64,000 nucleotides of DNA from Candidatus Bathyarchaeota archaeon (GCA_963833125.1 CAWHWX010000018.1:96001-160000); one strand, 5' to 3'; positions 21,863 through 30,924 are shown, numbered from the stretch's first letter. Notes: generated from the sequence alone by a model not told the origin. Numbers and translations are program-made.

Positions 21863-22403
21863 ATGGCTCGCCTCCCCTCAGCTCGCGTGAAGATCTCGAT
21901 TACTCATCATATTGGTCTGCTTTCTTGGCTTCTATTCATCACTGAGCATCTCAACAGCTCAGTCAACCTACACTTCAAACCTGACGCAACTCACAACGAC
22001 CTTCTCTACCACCACGAGTTTGACAACGATAACTAGTCCAACAATATTCTACACGACTACGACAGAGACTTTGAACTCAACCGTTCAGGGGACCCAAACC
22101 CTCGCCCAAACTTCAGTGATAATGGTTACGTCGAACTATACCATTATTCTTGGCGGTACGCTAACGCAAACCATCACGTCAATAGTCACCCAGGTTTCAA
22201 CTCAGACAACCCCACTGCTCGGAAACATTTGGGGCGAATCCTTAGCTATTATTCTACTTCTGAGCGCGATTGCAAGCTTTATTGTCCCTAGAGTTCGCTC
22301 CGTCCGTCCAAGAGGAACAATTTGTAGCGAATGCGGTTATCGAAACCCGCCCTTCGCCAAGTCCTTCTGCGTCAAGTGCGGTCATTCTTTGGAGCCAACG
22401 TAG
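21863..22403 (+). CDS. Thr-rich membrane-anchored protein with C-terminal zinc ribbon; probable N-terminal frameshift
   Basis: Thr-rich body, TM helix, CSECGYRNPPFAKSFCVKCG. Confidence 0.7.
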
Positions 22404-22444
22404 CCTTACTGTGTGAGGCTACTATTCCGGTTACTGCGGTTAAG

Positions 22445-22744
22445 CTACGACGCCACTCCAATTCTTCTCTTCGGTGAATGTTTCACGGAATAGTAGGGTG
22501 GTAACGCCTTAACTTCAAAGGTTCGATGGTTCTGCGTGGGGGCCTGACTAGTGTAGATATTTTGTTGGAACTGGGGGGATGGGAGTGGTTTGGTTTGGAA
22601 TTGTGTGTTGTTTCGTGTTGCAGCTGGATGCAAGAATGGCTGGCCGAAGGAATTGGTTTGTGTGAGCCAGAAGATAATTGGCAAAACTACGGTCACCGCT
22701 ACGAAGCCTGTGGCCATAACGAAGACTATAATGACTGCGTCCAT
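22445..22744 (-). CDS. Hypothetical single-TM protein
   Basis: Hydrophobic N-terminus, Q/P-rich tail, TATA-like element upstream. Confidence 0.5.
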   Translation of the reverse strand: MDAVIIVFVMATGFVAVTVVLPIIFWLTQTNSFGQPFLHPAATRNNTQFQTKPLPSPQFQQNIYTSQAPTQNHRTFEVKALPPYYSVKHSPKRRIGVAS

Positions 22745-22860
22745 TATTGACTCGCCTGTCGATACATGTATCTACGTTAATATACACATGAGTTTATATG
22801 ACTTTCGACAGTGACGATACATTTTTAAACACGCCTAGACACCACATTGCCCGACGATAA

Positions 22861-22971
22861 ATGAACAAGGACCTATCGAACTGGCTTAGAAAAAGGATGA
22901 CGCAAATAGATGAACGGGTTACAGAGCTCAAAGTGCGCATCCTAGATGGAGATGAGGTCAATGGCTGCTGA
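22861..22971 (+). CDS. 36-aa peptide resembling the N-terminal coiled coil of the downstream HTH protein (below ORF-track cutoff)
   Basis: Manual translation MNKDLSNWLRKRMTQIDERVTELKVRILDGDEVNGC*; aligns without gaps to DELKKWLESRFSKIDQRIGKLEQTI. Confidence 0.6.
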   Translation: MNKDLSNWLRKRMTQIDERVTELKVRILDGDEVNGC

Positions 22972-23317
22972 CGATGAGCTGAAGAAATGGCTTGAATCAA
23001 GATTCTCAAAGATAGATCAACGCATCGGCAAACTGGAACAGACAATCGCCGAAAGCAAGCAACCTAGAATCCGCATAGCTTGGTACAGAACCCTGCTAGG
23101 CATGACTGAATTAGGCGGGAAAGCCGGAACCGAGAAACTCGCAGATCACTTAGGCATAAGCAGGAGCGTAATCAGCGAATACCTAAACCGAATGGAAGAG
23201 GAAGGCATCGTAAAACGCGATTTCAACGAGGACACAAAGGAAACCTCGCGCTACATCTGGCAAATCGATTGGGAAACATTGCCACCAGAAATCGCATCCC
23301 GACTCAGAAAAAAATGA
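22961..23317 (+). CDS. Winged-helix transcriptional regulator with N-terminal coiled coil
   Basis: GTEKLADHLGISRSVISEYLNRMEEEGIVKR; SD-like GAGGT before the ATG. Confidence 0.82.
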   Translation: MAADDELKKWLESRFSKIDQRIGKLEQTIAESKQPRIRIAWYRTLLGMTELGGKAGTEKLADHLGISRSVISEYLNRMEEEGIVKRDFNEDTKETSRYIWQIDWETLPPEIASRLRKK

Positions 23318-23390
23318 GTACGGCTAGAGGCAAATTACACTAAGAACGAGTGAAAACTAAGTACCCTCGCTAAGAGGGCGCTGTTTCTCT

Positions 23391-24527
23391 TCAGGGGATT
23401 ATTGGGATGCGGTAGAAGCTGGAGAGAAATGGCCTCATTGATCTTGAAATGTCGTCCACGTCGCAATCCACACAAGACGGATCCAAGCGCAAAGGTATTC
23501 TCTTACTCCCATCTGCCAGCTCAACCTCGAGCAAAGCGTGACCCGGAAGTTTCCGTTTCTCACGTGTAGTTGCATCAGCGTATGTTCCTGGGGGGAGGAT
23601 GAGGAAGTGCATTCGTCTGAACGCGAGGCTGGCCAGCATGGAAGCCAATAGAACGACCTTACAGTCGCAGTCGCCTCCCGTTTTCATGGTTTCCCAAGGC
23701 CATCTAACGTATTCACCGAATGACTCGCCTTTGTAGATCACTTTGTCGCGGGAATATTCGAAGACGAGCGTAAGAAGCCTAAGCTGATCCTGGAACGATA
23801 GTTCTTGCGCATCTTGCGGCTTTTCTCCTCCAAGTGCAACCGCACCTATGGTCGTGGTCAGCTCGTCTACGACCGAATATTCGGGGTGATCCTTCGCTTC
23901 GACTACTCTGTTTAGCATCGTCAAGGCCACTTTCATTGTGCGCGGATCAAGAATTTGCTGGGGTTCAAGTTCTTCGACCAACACCTGTTTGGCACCGCAG
24001 TAGCGGCAGTAGGGTTCGTCGGCCCCTATTGTCTTGTTACAGGTGTGGCAATTACGCATCCGTTCCACGAAGGCCGTTTCTTCTTTCTTAATGAGTCCTC
24101 TCTGCTGTAGTCGGGTGAGAGAGTCGATGAGTTGTTCCGTGGTTACGTTCAGATCAGTGGAAGTCCTTCGTATCGATATTCCACCATGATGATCCTCCAA
24201 ATACTTGAGCACGTGGCCGTCCATGTCGGATGATTCCGTTGTATCGAGCATGCGTACGTTTATTGTAGGGCCAGGTTTGCCGGCTTGAGTAACCTGTCTG
24301 CTTTCCACTCCGACATAGGGCAGGGAGGCCTTAGACGTAGTTTCGATGGACGGTTCCGGTGGTATGAGTGACTTGCCACAGTTGTGGCAGAACTCTGATG
24401 ATGCTAGATTAATGGCCTTACAGGTCGAACATGTAGTGAGCCGCTGGCCGCATACGCCGCAATATGCTTGCCTTTGCCGGGCTGCGGTGCCACATTGCGG
24501 GCATTTCTGTGTGTTCTGTTGGGCCAT
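23391..24527 (-). CDS. Double zinc ribbon / winged helix / zinc ribbon / transglutaminase-like protein
   Basis: Six CxxC pairs; VLKYLEDHHGGISIRRTSTDLNVT wH; GDCDCK..LLASML, GHA, LDP catalytic triad. Confidence 0.75.
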   Translation of the reverse strand: MAQQNTQKCPQCGTAARQRQAYCGVCGQRLTTCSTCKAINLASSEFCHNCGKSLIPPEPSIETTSKASLPYVGVESRQVTQAGKPGPTINVRMLDTTESSDMDGHVLKYLEDHHGGISIRRTSTDLNVTTEQLIDSLTRLQQRGLIKKEETAFVERMRNCHTCNKTIGADEPYCRYCGAKQVLVEELEPQQILDPRTMKVALTMLNRVVEAKDHPEYSVVDELTTTIGAVALGGEKPQDAQELSFQDQLRLLTLVFEYSRDKVIYKGESFGEYVRWPWETMKTGGDCDCKVVLLASMLASLAFRRMHFLILPPGTYADATTREKRKLPGHALLEVELADGSKRIPLRLDPSCVDCDVDDISRSMRPFLSSFYRIPIIP

Positions 24528-24632
24528 GCTGTAACGCCAGTGTATTCCAGAGTTGCATACAGCCGCCCCCACGGAAATGTAATGCTTTCGGGTTCACCGA
24601 ATTAATCCACTGCGCTGGATGGAGCGTCCTGA

Positions 24633-24950
24633 TTACAGATGAAGGAGCATGGCGGCGGTAGCGATTGCGGTAAGGATGCTGAGGTATATGGCTCCGCGAA
24701 CCTTCTCCTCCTTGATTGAGTTCAGGAAGCAGACGCGTTGTGATTTCACTATTGTCTTGGTGAGATGTGTGGCTATGAAGCCAACTCCGCCGCCTATGAC
24801 GAAAACGATTGTTGTGTAAACGGTCGGGGAGAGTTCTCTGATGAAGACTGGCATGGCTCCGTATGTGAGCGCCATTTCTACTCCCATCGCTACGGCTGTG
24901 AATACTTGTTGTCTGGCGGTTGCCAGAAGGGATGAGGTTATTCGTTCCAT
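24633..24950 (-). CDS. Small three-TM membrane protein
   Basis: Three hydrophobic segments; SD-like GGAG and TATA-like element upstream. Confidence 0.55.
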   Translation of the reverse strand: MERITSSLLATARQQVFTAVAMGVEMALTYGAMPVFIRELSPTVYTTIVFVIGGGVGFIATHLTKTIVKSQRVCFLNSIKEEKVRGAIYLSILTAIATAAMLLHL

Positions 24951-25285
24951 TATATGTGTCTCCTATGTCGATATACGTCTAGACACATTAGACACACGCC
25001 TTTATAACAATGTCGCTCGAATTACGATATATTCAGAGTTCGAAGTCTTGGACTTCAGATAGGAAGCTGCCGACTCAAGGAATGAGTCAGCTCTTATCCC
25101 GGTGAGACTTGATTCAATATTGGAATACATTTCGCAATTATCGCAGGCAGCTGATTCATGTTCCTAGGGTATTGACGACGCCCGTCTCTTGCTATTCATT
25201 GACGTGGGTGCGACGAAAGTCAGAGCTTCTCACAGGAAAAAGGCTTAATTCAACGCGGGCAGCACAACGGATTTTGCCCAGGAAC

Positions 25286-25436
25286 GCCGAGGTAGCTCAG
25301 CCTGGGAGAGCACCCGACTTAACCAATAAGGGTGAAGCTGAAGACCGGGTTGACCACTCCAACCGATGGATGGGCCCAGTCGACAGATTCAAACGGAACG
25401 CGAAAAACGTTCCTGAAATTCCCGCCCTCGGCACCA
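25286..25436 (+). tRNA. tRNA-Phe(GAA) with three introns: 30/31 (25317-25336), 46/47 (25353-25379), 59/60 (25394-25419); T-stem 5' strand anomalous
   Basis: GCCGAGG/CCTCGGC acceptor stem; CCCG|G-CT-GAA-GA-CCGGG; BHB central helices CACC/GGTG, GGGT/GCCC, TTCA/TGAA. Confidence 0.88.
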
Positions 25437-25592
25437 AGAACCTCAGGCTCGTTGTAAAGGTAATTGCGATTATCGAAAATCGTGATTGCGTTCTGATTGG
25501 CTGCTTGATTCCAAAAGGCCTTCCATGCCCTATTGACAATACCACAAGAATGCTTTAATTGGATTCAGCCAGTTAACGGTAGGGGCACTAAG

Positions 25593-26072
25593 TTGACATC
25601 CGAAATCACAGTACGCCAACTGATGCGAACGATCATTTCGATAGATTCTAAAGCCAAGGCGCGAGAAGCCGCAAGATTAATGGTGGAAAAACGGATCGGT
25701 TCCTTGATAGCCAATAGAGACGGCTTGCCCTTTGGAATAGTCACCGAAAGGGACTTGGTGGACAAGATAGTGGCCGGAGCCGCTGATCCATCGAAAGTTA
25801 CCGTTGCAGAGATGATGACTGCGCCCTTGGTCACGATTGATGCTGCGGCTCCGCTAATTGACGCGGCTCGCAGGATGGTGGAAAAGCAGGTGAAAAGGCT
25901 GGTCGTTACCGAACACGATAAGATAATTGGAATAGTGAGTCAAACAGATCTTGTTCAGAGTATGACTGATTTCCAGAAATTAGCCAAGATGGGTATGGCT
26001 TCAGGATCCGCTAAGCAACCAGCCGCACGGATTTTCCGGACCTTCTCATCGGTTATCAGCTTCTTTACGTGA
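25593..26072 (+). CDS. CBS domain pair protein
   Basis: AARLMVEKRIGSL, GIVTERDL, MTAPLVTI, GIVSQTDL. Confidence 0.9.
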   Translation: MTSEITVRQLMRTIISIDSKAKAREAARLMVEKRIGSLIANRDGLPFGIVTERDLVDKIVAGAADPSKVTVAEMMTAPLVTIDAAAPLIDAARRMVEKQVKRLVVTEHDKIIGIVSQTDLVQSMTDFQKLAKMGMASGSAKQPAARIFRTFSSVISFFT

Positions 26073-26790
26073 TACCTGCAAGATGCAAAAGGCCGGGCAG
26101 CAGTGTTCCCAGAAGGTATCCTGCTGTTCCAGAGAATGCCCCAATGATCATCACCTCTATCCCACCTTTCAGCATGTTTCCACTCGCAACCTTCGATTTG
26201 TACACTCCAAGCCCGAACAGGGCGGCGACGGTCAATCCAATTGAAACGAAAAGTGCGTTGTGTAAGGAGAGTATCGTATAGGGTACGATGGGAAACAGAG
26301 AACCAAAGAGGTAGGAGATGCCCATGACAAGCGCATCCTTCCTCTCGTTGTGAACCCGCTCGAGCGAGACACCTAACTCTTTCTCAACCATGGTTCTGAT
26401 CCAAGATTTCTTGGATGTGGTTATGAGTTGGGCCACCTTTTTGGCATTGGTCGAAGAGAGTCCTTCACTGTGAAAGAATACTTCAATCTCCTTTTTCTCA
26501 TGGGCCGGCACTCTTTCAATTTCCTTAGTCTCCTTATCAATTGCAGCCTGCTGAACTTCTCGTTCTGCTTTCGAGGAAAGATATGCACCTACTCCCATTG
26601 CGATTGAACCTGCAAATGCTTCTGCGAGACCCGCTATCAAGACGTAGAAATTGCTGGTTGTGGCCCCAGCCACTCCCGATACCACACCCAGCGGTACCAG
26701 AAGCCCGTCCTCAGCACCAAAAACAACTTCTCTTATTTGCGATGATCTGGCAACTTTCTTCTTCTCATCGAAGAGTTTCTTCTTGTTCAA
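26065..26790 (-). CDS. VIT1/CCC1 family iron/manganese exporter
   Basis: VFGAEDGL, AGSIAMGVGAYLS, MVEKELG, SYLFGSLFPIVPY. Confidence 0.9.
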   Translation of the reverse strand: MNKKKLFDEKKKVARSSQIREVVFGAEDGLLVPLGVVSGVAGATTSNFYVLIAGLAEAFAGSIAMGVGAYLSSKAEREVQQAAIDKETKEIERVPAHEKKEIEVFFHSEGLSSTNAKKVAQLITTSKKSWIRTMVEKELGVSLERVHNERKDALVMGISYLFGSLFPIVPYTILSLHNALFVSIGLTVAALFGLGVYKSKVASGNMLKGGIEVMIIGAFSGTAGYLLGTLLPGLLHLAGIT

Positions 26791-27010
26791 GATTAAGATG
26801 TCACCAAATCATAGTTAGCTCTGGGGATGCAAGTCGATTATGCTCTGGTATAAGTCGCCCTTGTGGTTGTCATCCTCGAATACTGACTAAGAGTCTGGTG
26901 GAATACCGGATTGAGAATGCAGAATTTTGACCGGTAGTAAGTCACGCGTACGGTTACGTGAGTTGTCTCTGTTCATCACTCAGTCGGACGCACGGTTTTG
27001 ACAATTGTGA

Positions 27011-27403
27011 CTAGTGCTTCAACAGTTCCAAAACTTTCTTTTCGATCTCCGATGAGATCCTTCTGACCTGGTCGATTCCTTTTCCTTTAGGATCTTCGAT
27101 CTGCCAATCTACAAGCTTCTTCTGCATTTCCCGAACTAATGGTGAGGGGCAGACCTCCTGAACAGAGCACCCCATCGTAATAACTAGGTCAGACTCGGAG
27201 ATCATTTGTTGCGTCAGAACTTTCGGCCTTCCAGGAACAGATATGCCCCTCTCCGTCATCACTTGAGCCACAACTGGGTTTACCTTCTCCGCAGGTACGG
27301 TACCTGCGCTTGAGGCGTCCAAGCCGTATGCTCTTGCGAAGCCTTCAGCCATTTTGCTTCTACCCGCATTCTCGATGCAGACGAAGAGGACGCGTTTCGT
27401 CAA
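27011..27403 (-). CDS. arsC: Arsenate reductase, LMW-PTP family
   Basis: VLFVCIENAGRSKMAEG, ITMGC...VCP, DWQIEDPKG. Confidence 0.88.
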   Translation of the reverse strand: MTKRVLFVCIENAGRSKMAEGFARAYGLDASSAGTVPAEKVNPVVAQVMTERGISVPGRPKVLTQQMISESDLVITMGCSVQEVCPSPLVREMQKKLVDWQIEDPKGKGIDQVRRISSEIEKKVLELLKH

Positions 27404-27798
27404 ACTAGATCCTCCATCAACTCGAAACTCTTGGTGAGCCACGCCTTGATCTTTGGATTGGATATTCGGTAGAATACCCATTTTCCGTTGCGCCTGGAAC
27501 TCAGAACACCTACTCTCTCTAGTATTCCGAGATGGTGCGAGGTAGTTGGTTGTGTTAAGTCCAGCGCAGCCATAACTTCACATGAACATAATTCCTCGTC
27601 GCCTATGATTTTCAGAATCTTCAATCTTGTTACGTCACCTAATGATGAGAAGCATGTTTCATATTCTCGGAATTTGCGATCATCAAAGTCAAGTTTGGCT
27701 TTCAGTTCGTTAATGCGTTCGGTTGGTGTGCAGGTAGTATCCACTAAGCCTAATGTTACTAGGCGTTTGACTCGAGCTTGGGCGATGACGGAACTCAA
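27400..27798 (-). CDS. arsR: ArsR/SmtB family repressor
   Basis: LGDVTRLKIL, ELCSCE, TQPTTSHHLGILERVG, RRNGKWVFY. Confidence 0.9.
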   Translation of the reverse strand: MSSVIAQARVKRLVTLGLVDTTCTPTERINELKAKLDFDDRKFREYETCFSSLGDVTRLKILKIIGDEELCSCEVMAALDLTQPTTSHHLGILERVGVLSSRRNGKWVFYRISNPKIKAWLTKSFELMEDLV

Positions 27799-27818
27799 GT
27801 TGATCAGGAGTAAAGATT

Positions 27819-27838
27819 ATATTAACATTCTTAAATAT
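27819..27838. promoter_or_regulatory. Imperfect AT-rich palindrome ATATTAACATTCTTAAATAT between divergent arsR and arsM; candidate ArsR operator
   Basis: Read directly; position and symmetry fit ArsR-type operators. Confidence 0.5.
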
Positions 27839-27868
27839 GTTACTTCGTATTCTAAGAGCTGAAGAAGC

Positions 27869-28603
27869 ATGGCGCTGAACGAGGAACAAATCAAGAATGC
27901 CGTTAGGGAAAGATACAGCAAACTAGCGGTACTGAATGAATCCTGCTGCGCAGACGAGAGTGCAACCTGTTGCAGTACATCGGCAACTGAAACTGATCTC
28001 CCCGAAGAGGCGGCTCAAGTTGTCGCCAGCTGTGGAAGCCCTCTAACCCACGTACAAGTCCGCGAAGGCGAAACCGTGCTAGACTTGGGCAGCGGCGGGG
28101 GTGTCGACGTGTTTCGTGCTTCGAAACTTGTCGGGGCGAAGGGGAGAGTTATTGGTCTTGATGCAACGCCCGAGATGATTTTCAGAGCCCGTGAAACCGC
28201 CAAGAAGTATGATTACCAGAACGTTGAGTTTCGATTAGGTGAGATCGAGCACATGCCCATTGAAGGCAATTCGGTGGATCTAGTCATAAGCAACTGCGTC
28301 CTGAACTTGGTCCCGGACAAGCAGTCAGCATTCCGTGAGATTTACCGTGTTCTCAAATCCGGTGGCAGAATCTCTGTGTCGGACATGGTGGCGACGAAGG
28401 AAAGTCGAAAGGAGGTTAACCCGGAAGAGTGGGCGGGATGCATCGCGGGCGCGGTCACCTTCAACGAGTATAGAGGTCTACTGGAAGCGTCAGGATTCAT
28501 AGGCATCGAAGGATCGGATGAGCCACACCCCATAAACGACGAAATGACCTCGAAAGGGCTCCAAGTGAAAAGCGTGGCATGGAAGGCTACGAAGCCTACC
28601 TAA
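27869..28603 (+). CDS. arsM: Arsenite S-adenosylmethionine methyltransferase
   Basis: N-terminal CC pairs, SCGSP, LDLGSGGGVD, ISNCVLNL, WAGCIAGA. Confidence 0.92.
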   Translation: MALNEEQIKNAVRERYSKLAVLNESCCADESATCCSTSATETDLPEEAAQVVASCGSPLTHVQVREGETVLDLGSGGGVDVFRASKLVGAKGRVIGLDATPEMIFRARETAKKYDYQNVEFRLGEIEHMPIEGNSVDLVISNCVLNLVPDKQSAFREIYRVLKSGGRISVSDMVATKESRKEVNPEEWAGCIAGAVTFNEYRGLLEASGFIGIEGSDEPHPINDEMTSKGLQVKSVAWKATKPT

Positions 28604-28654
28604 CCAACTCCACTCGAATACTAACGCACGAATCGGTGATCCGAGGCGGCACTG

Positions 28655-29740
28655 ATGACGCAGCGGCTTTCGGTTTTAGATAGATTCCTTACCTTGTGGA
28701 TTTTTCTAGCGATGGCTATCGGCGTGGGCGCAGGTATCGTTTTTCCACAGCTCCCGAAGCTTCTCGAGACGTTGAGTGTAGGCACAATTTCGCTGCCAAT
28801 AGCAGTCGGCCTGCTCTGGATGATGTACCCGCCTTTAGCTCGTGTGAAGTACGATGAGCTCTCGAAGGTGAGAAAGGCATGGAAGATGTTCGGGGTCTCC
28901 CTGTTCCAGAATTGGTTGGTTGGCCCTTTCTTGATGTTCGGTCTGGCATGGCTGTTCCTACCAGACATGCCGGAATACCGGATTGGAATAATCATCGTAG
29001 GGTTGGCCAGGTGTATCGCCATGGTCCTAGTATGGAATATGCTCGCAGAAGGCGACAACGAGCACGCCGCCGTTCTAGTCGCCCTAAACTCCATCTTCCA
29101 GGTCGCACTTTATTCCGTTTACGCGTGGTTCTTCATCACACTCCTATCCTCATGGGTAGCGCATGGCTCCGGGGTAACCGTGGTCATTTCCGTTTGGGAC
29201 ATTGCCCGAACGGTCTTCATCTATCTCGGCATACCATTCATTGCGGGAATTGTGACTAGATTTGTGCTTGTGCGGAAGAAGGGAAAGGATTGGTACGATG
29301 GAACATTCGTTGAAAAGTTGAGCCCAACAGCATTGATCGGGTTGCTATTCACAATCGTGGTAATGTTCTCTCTAAAAGGAGGTTACATCCTCGCTTTACC
29401 ATGGGATGTGGTGAGAATCGCAATACCTCTCGTAAGCTATTTCCTCATTATGTTCACACTATCCTTCATCATTTCTAAGGCCTGGAAATTCAATTACCCA
29501 GAAACAGCCACCCTCTCCTTCACCGCGGCCAGCAACAACTTTGAACTCGCCATAGCAGTTGCAGTCGGTGTTTTCGGGATTAATTCTGGGGAAGCATTCG
29601 CCGCAGTGATTGGGCCACTCTTCGAAGTCCCCGTACTCATAGGCTTAGTCAACGTGGCACTTTGGGCAAGGAAGCGCTTCTTCATCGAAGAACAGACCGC
29701 AACAGCCACAACACAAGTAACGAGTCTAAAACACCGATAA
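28655..29740 (+). CDS. acr3: ACR3 family arsenite efflux permease
   Basis: [52 protein letters not shown]. Confidence 0.95.
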   Translation: MTQRLSVLDRFLTLWIFLAMAIGVGAGIVFPQLPKLLETLSVGTISLPIAVGLLWMMYPPLARVKYDELSKVRKAWKMFGVSLFQNWLVGPFLMFGLAWLFLPDMPEYRIGIIIVGLARCIAMVLVWNMLAEGDNEHAAVLVALNSIFQVALYSVYAWFFITLLSSWVAHGSGVTVVISVWDIARTVFIYLGIPFIAGIVTRFVLVRKKGKDWYDGTFVEKLSPTALIGLLFTIVVMFSLKGGYILALPWDVVRIAIPLVSYFLIMFTLSFIISKAWKFNYPETATLSFTAASNNFELAIAVAVGVFGINSGEAFAAVIGPLFEVPVLIGLVNVALWARKRFFIEEQTATATTQVTSLKHR

Positions 29741-29836
29741 CAACATACGACAAGTTCACAGAATATTCGAGCCTCGAGATGCAGGATATCCAGAAAGCAC
29801 TTTATGTAGTTCCTATAGCCTACGATTGCTTCGGTT

Positions 29837-29996
29837 GCGGCCGTAGTCTAGAAGGCCAACAGTAAAGGCCTGGATACCCTGGTCTAGGACGGGAACAGCA
29901 GAGAACATCTGCTGGCGCAAGCCTGCCACGCTTCTGATCGCCCGCACAGAAAACGGGCGAGAAGACGCCCGGGTTCAAATCCCGGCGGCCGCACCA
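29837..29996 (+). tRNA. tRNA-Gly(GCC) with three introns: 15/16 (29852-29877), 29/30 (29895-29920), 45/46 (29937-29966)
   Basis: GCGGCCG/CGGCCGC acceptor stem; GGA|GC-CT-GCC-AC-GCTTC; intron hairpins AGGCC/GGCCT, CAGCAGA/TCTGCTG, TCGCCCG/CGGGCGA. Confidence 0.92.
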
Positions 29997-30041
29997 CCAG
30001 ACCCACACACACTTTCAGGACGAACGACGACGTACGACGAT

Positions 30042-30082
30042 GGTTCAAATTTGGTTGCTCGCACGATTAGACGCACACACAC
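30042..30082 (+). repeat. Degenerate copy 1 of the tRNA-Gly 3' end and trailer (GGTTCAAAT-N9-CGCAC..AGAC.CACACACAC)
   Basis: Aligns without gaps to 29972-30012 at a 70-bp offset. Confidence 0.75.
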
Positions 30083-30125
30083 ATTAAAACCAAAAACTAG
30101 AACTTCTGGTCTCCTAGCATGACCT

Positions 30126-30837
30126 ATGACTCGTTTGCCGCGCATTTCAATAATCGAGGGTCTACTCAACGGACCAGTACCTCCTGGGTCAAATTTCTTG
30201 GGTAAAATTTGACCCCTTTTTCACAATGGTACAATGCTGCTTTAACAATCGCCGCGGGATGGCTCAATACCCACGGAAAAGTCACCTATCTTCTATCCTC
30301 AAGGGCCCCCGATGACATACGCGCGCAACTCACAAGACTCGGCATCGACGTGCCACAGTCCGAGACAAATGAAACGCTTCGAATATGGGACGTGATACTT
30401 ACAATGCTTGGTATCAAGTCCCGCGAAAAATACAAACTTGAATCGATGAACGTTGCGGACTTACGGATATGGGCTGCAAAGGAGTTTATGCATCAACCCC
30501 CGTCTCCCGACCTCATGTACGTCACGGAAAAGTCATCAGTCCTGGCGAGATACAACGATGAGAAAAGTTGGGTCGACTACACACTGACCAAAATACTTCC
30601 CGCCGTCTCAATGACAAAAGCCATGAACATTCGAGGTATCACGGTCGGCGTTCATAGCGATTCAGCCTACAAGCAACTCGAAGCTGCCTTCGATGGAATA
30701 ATCGACGTTAAGGTCGAGAAATGGCAGGTGAACTTCACAACATCATAAGAGTTAGGAAAATGTTGAACGTAAAGTTCGACTCCCGATGGCACAAACTCAG
30801 AGTGAACGATAACTTCGAGGTAACACTCGGAGAATAG
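30126..30837 (+). CDS. KaiC/RAD55-like RecA-fold protein with degenerate Walker A; two frameshifts (~30200, ~30720)
   Basis: LLNGPVPPGSNFLV-FDPFSQWY, GVHSDSAYKQLEAAFDGIIDVK, IRVRKMLNVKFDSRWH. Confidence 0.72.
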
Positions 30838-30848
30838 TTAGTTCTTGG

Positions 30849-30906
30849 GCGCACACACACAGACCAGAACGACGGTTCAATTTGCGATGCGCGCACCGTC
30901 AGAACC
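30849..30906 (+). repeat. Degenerate tRNA-end-like repeat copy 2
   Basis: GCGCACACACAC...GAACGAC-GGTTCAATT-TGCGATGCG-CGCAC-CGTCAGAACC; core 30874-30896. Confidence 0.7.
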
Positions 30907-30924
30907 AATATTAGAGTTTGCGAA

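Noticed and set aside
29997-30090. CRISPR array or simple microsatellite (CACACAC, GACGAC runs)
   Set aside because: No identical repeats with regular spacers and no cas genes; better explained as part of the tRNA-end-like repeat
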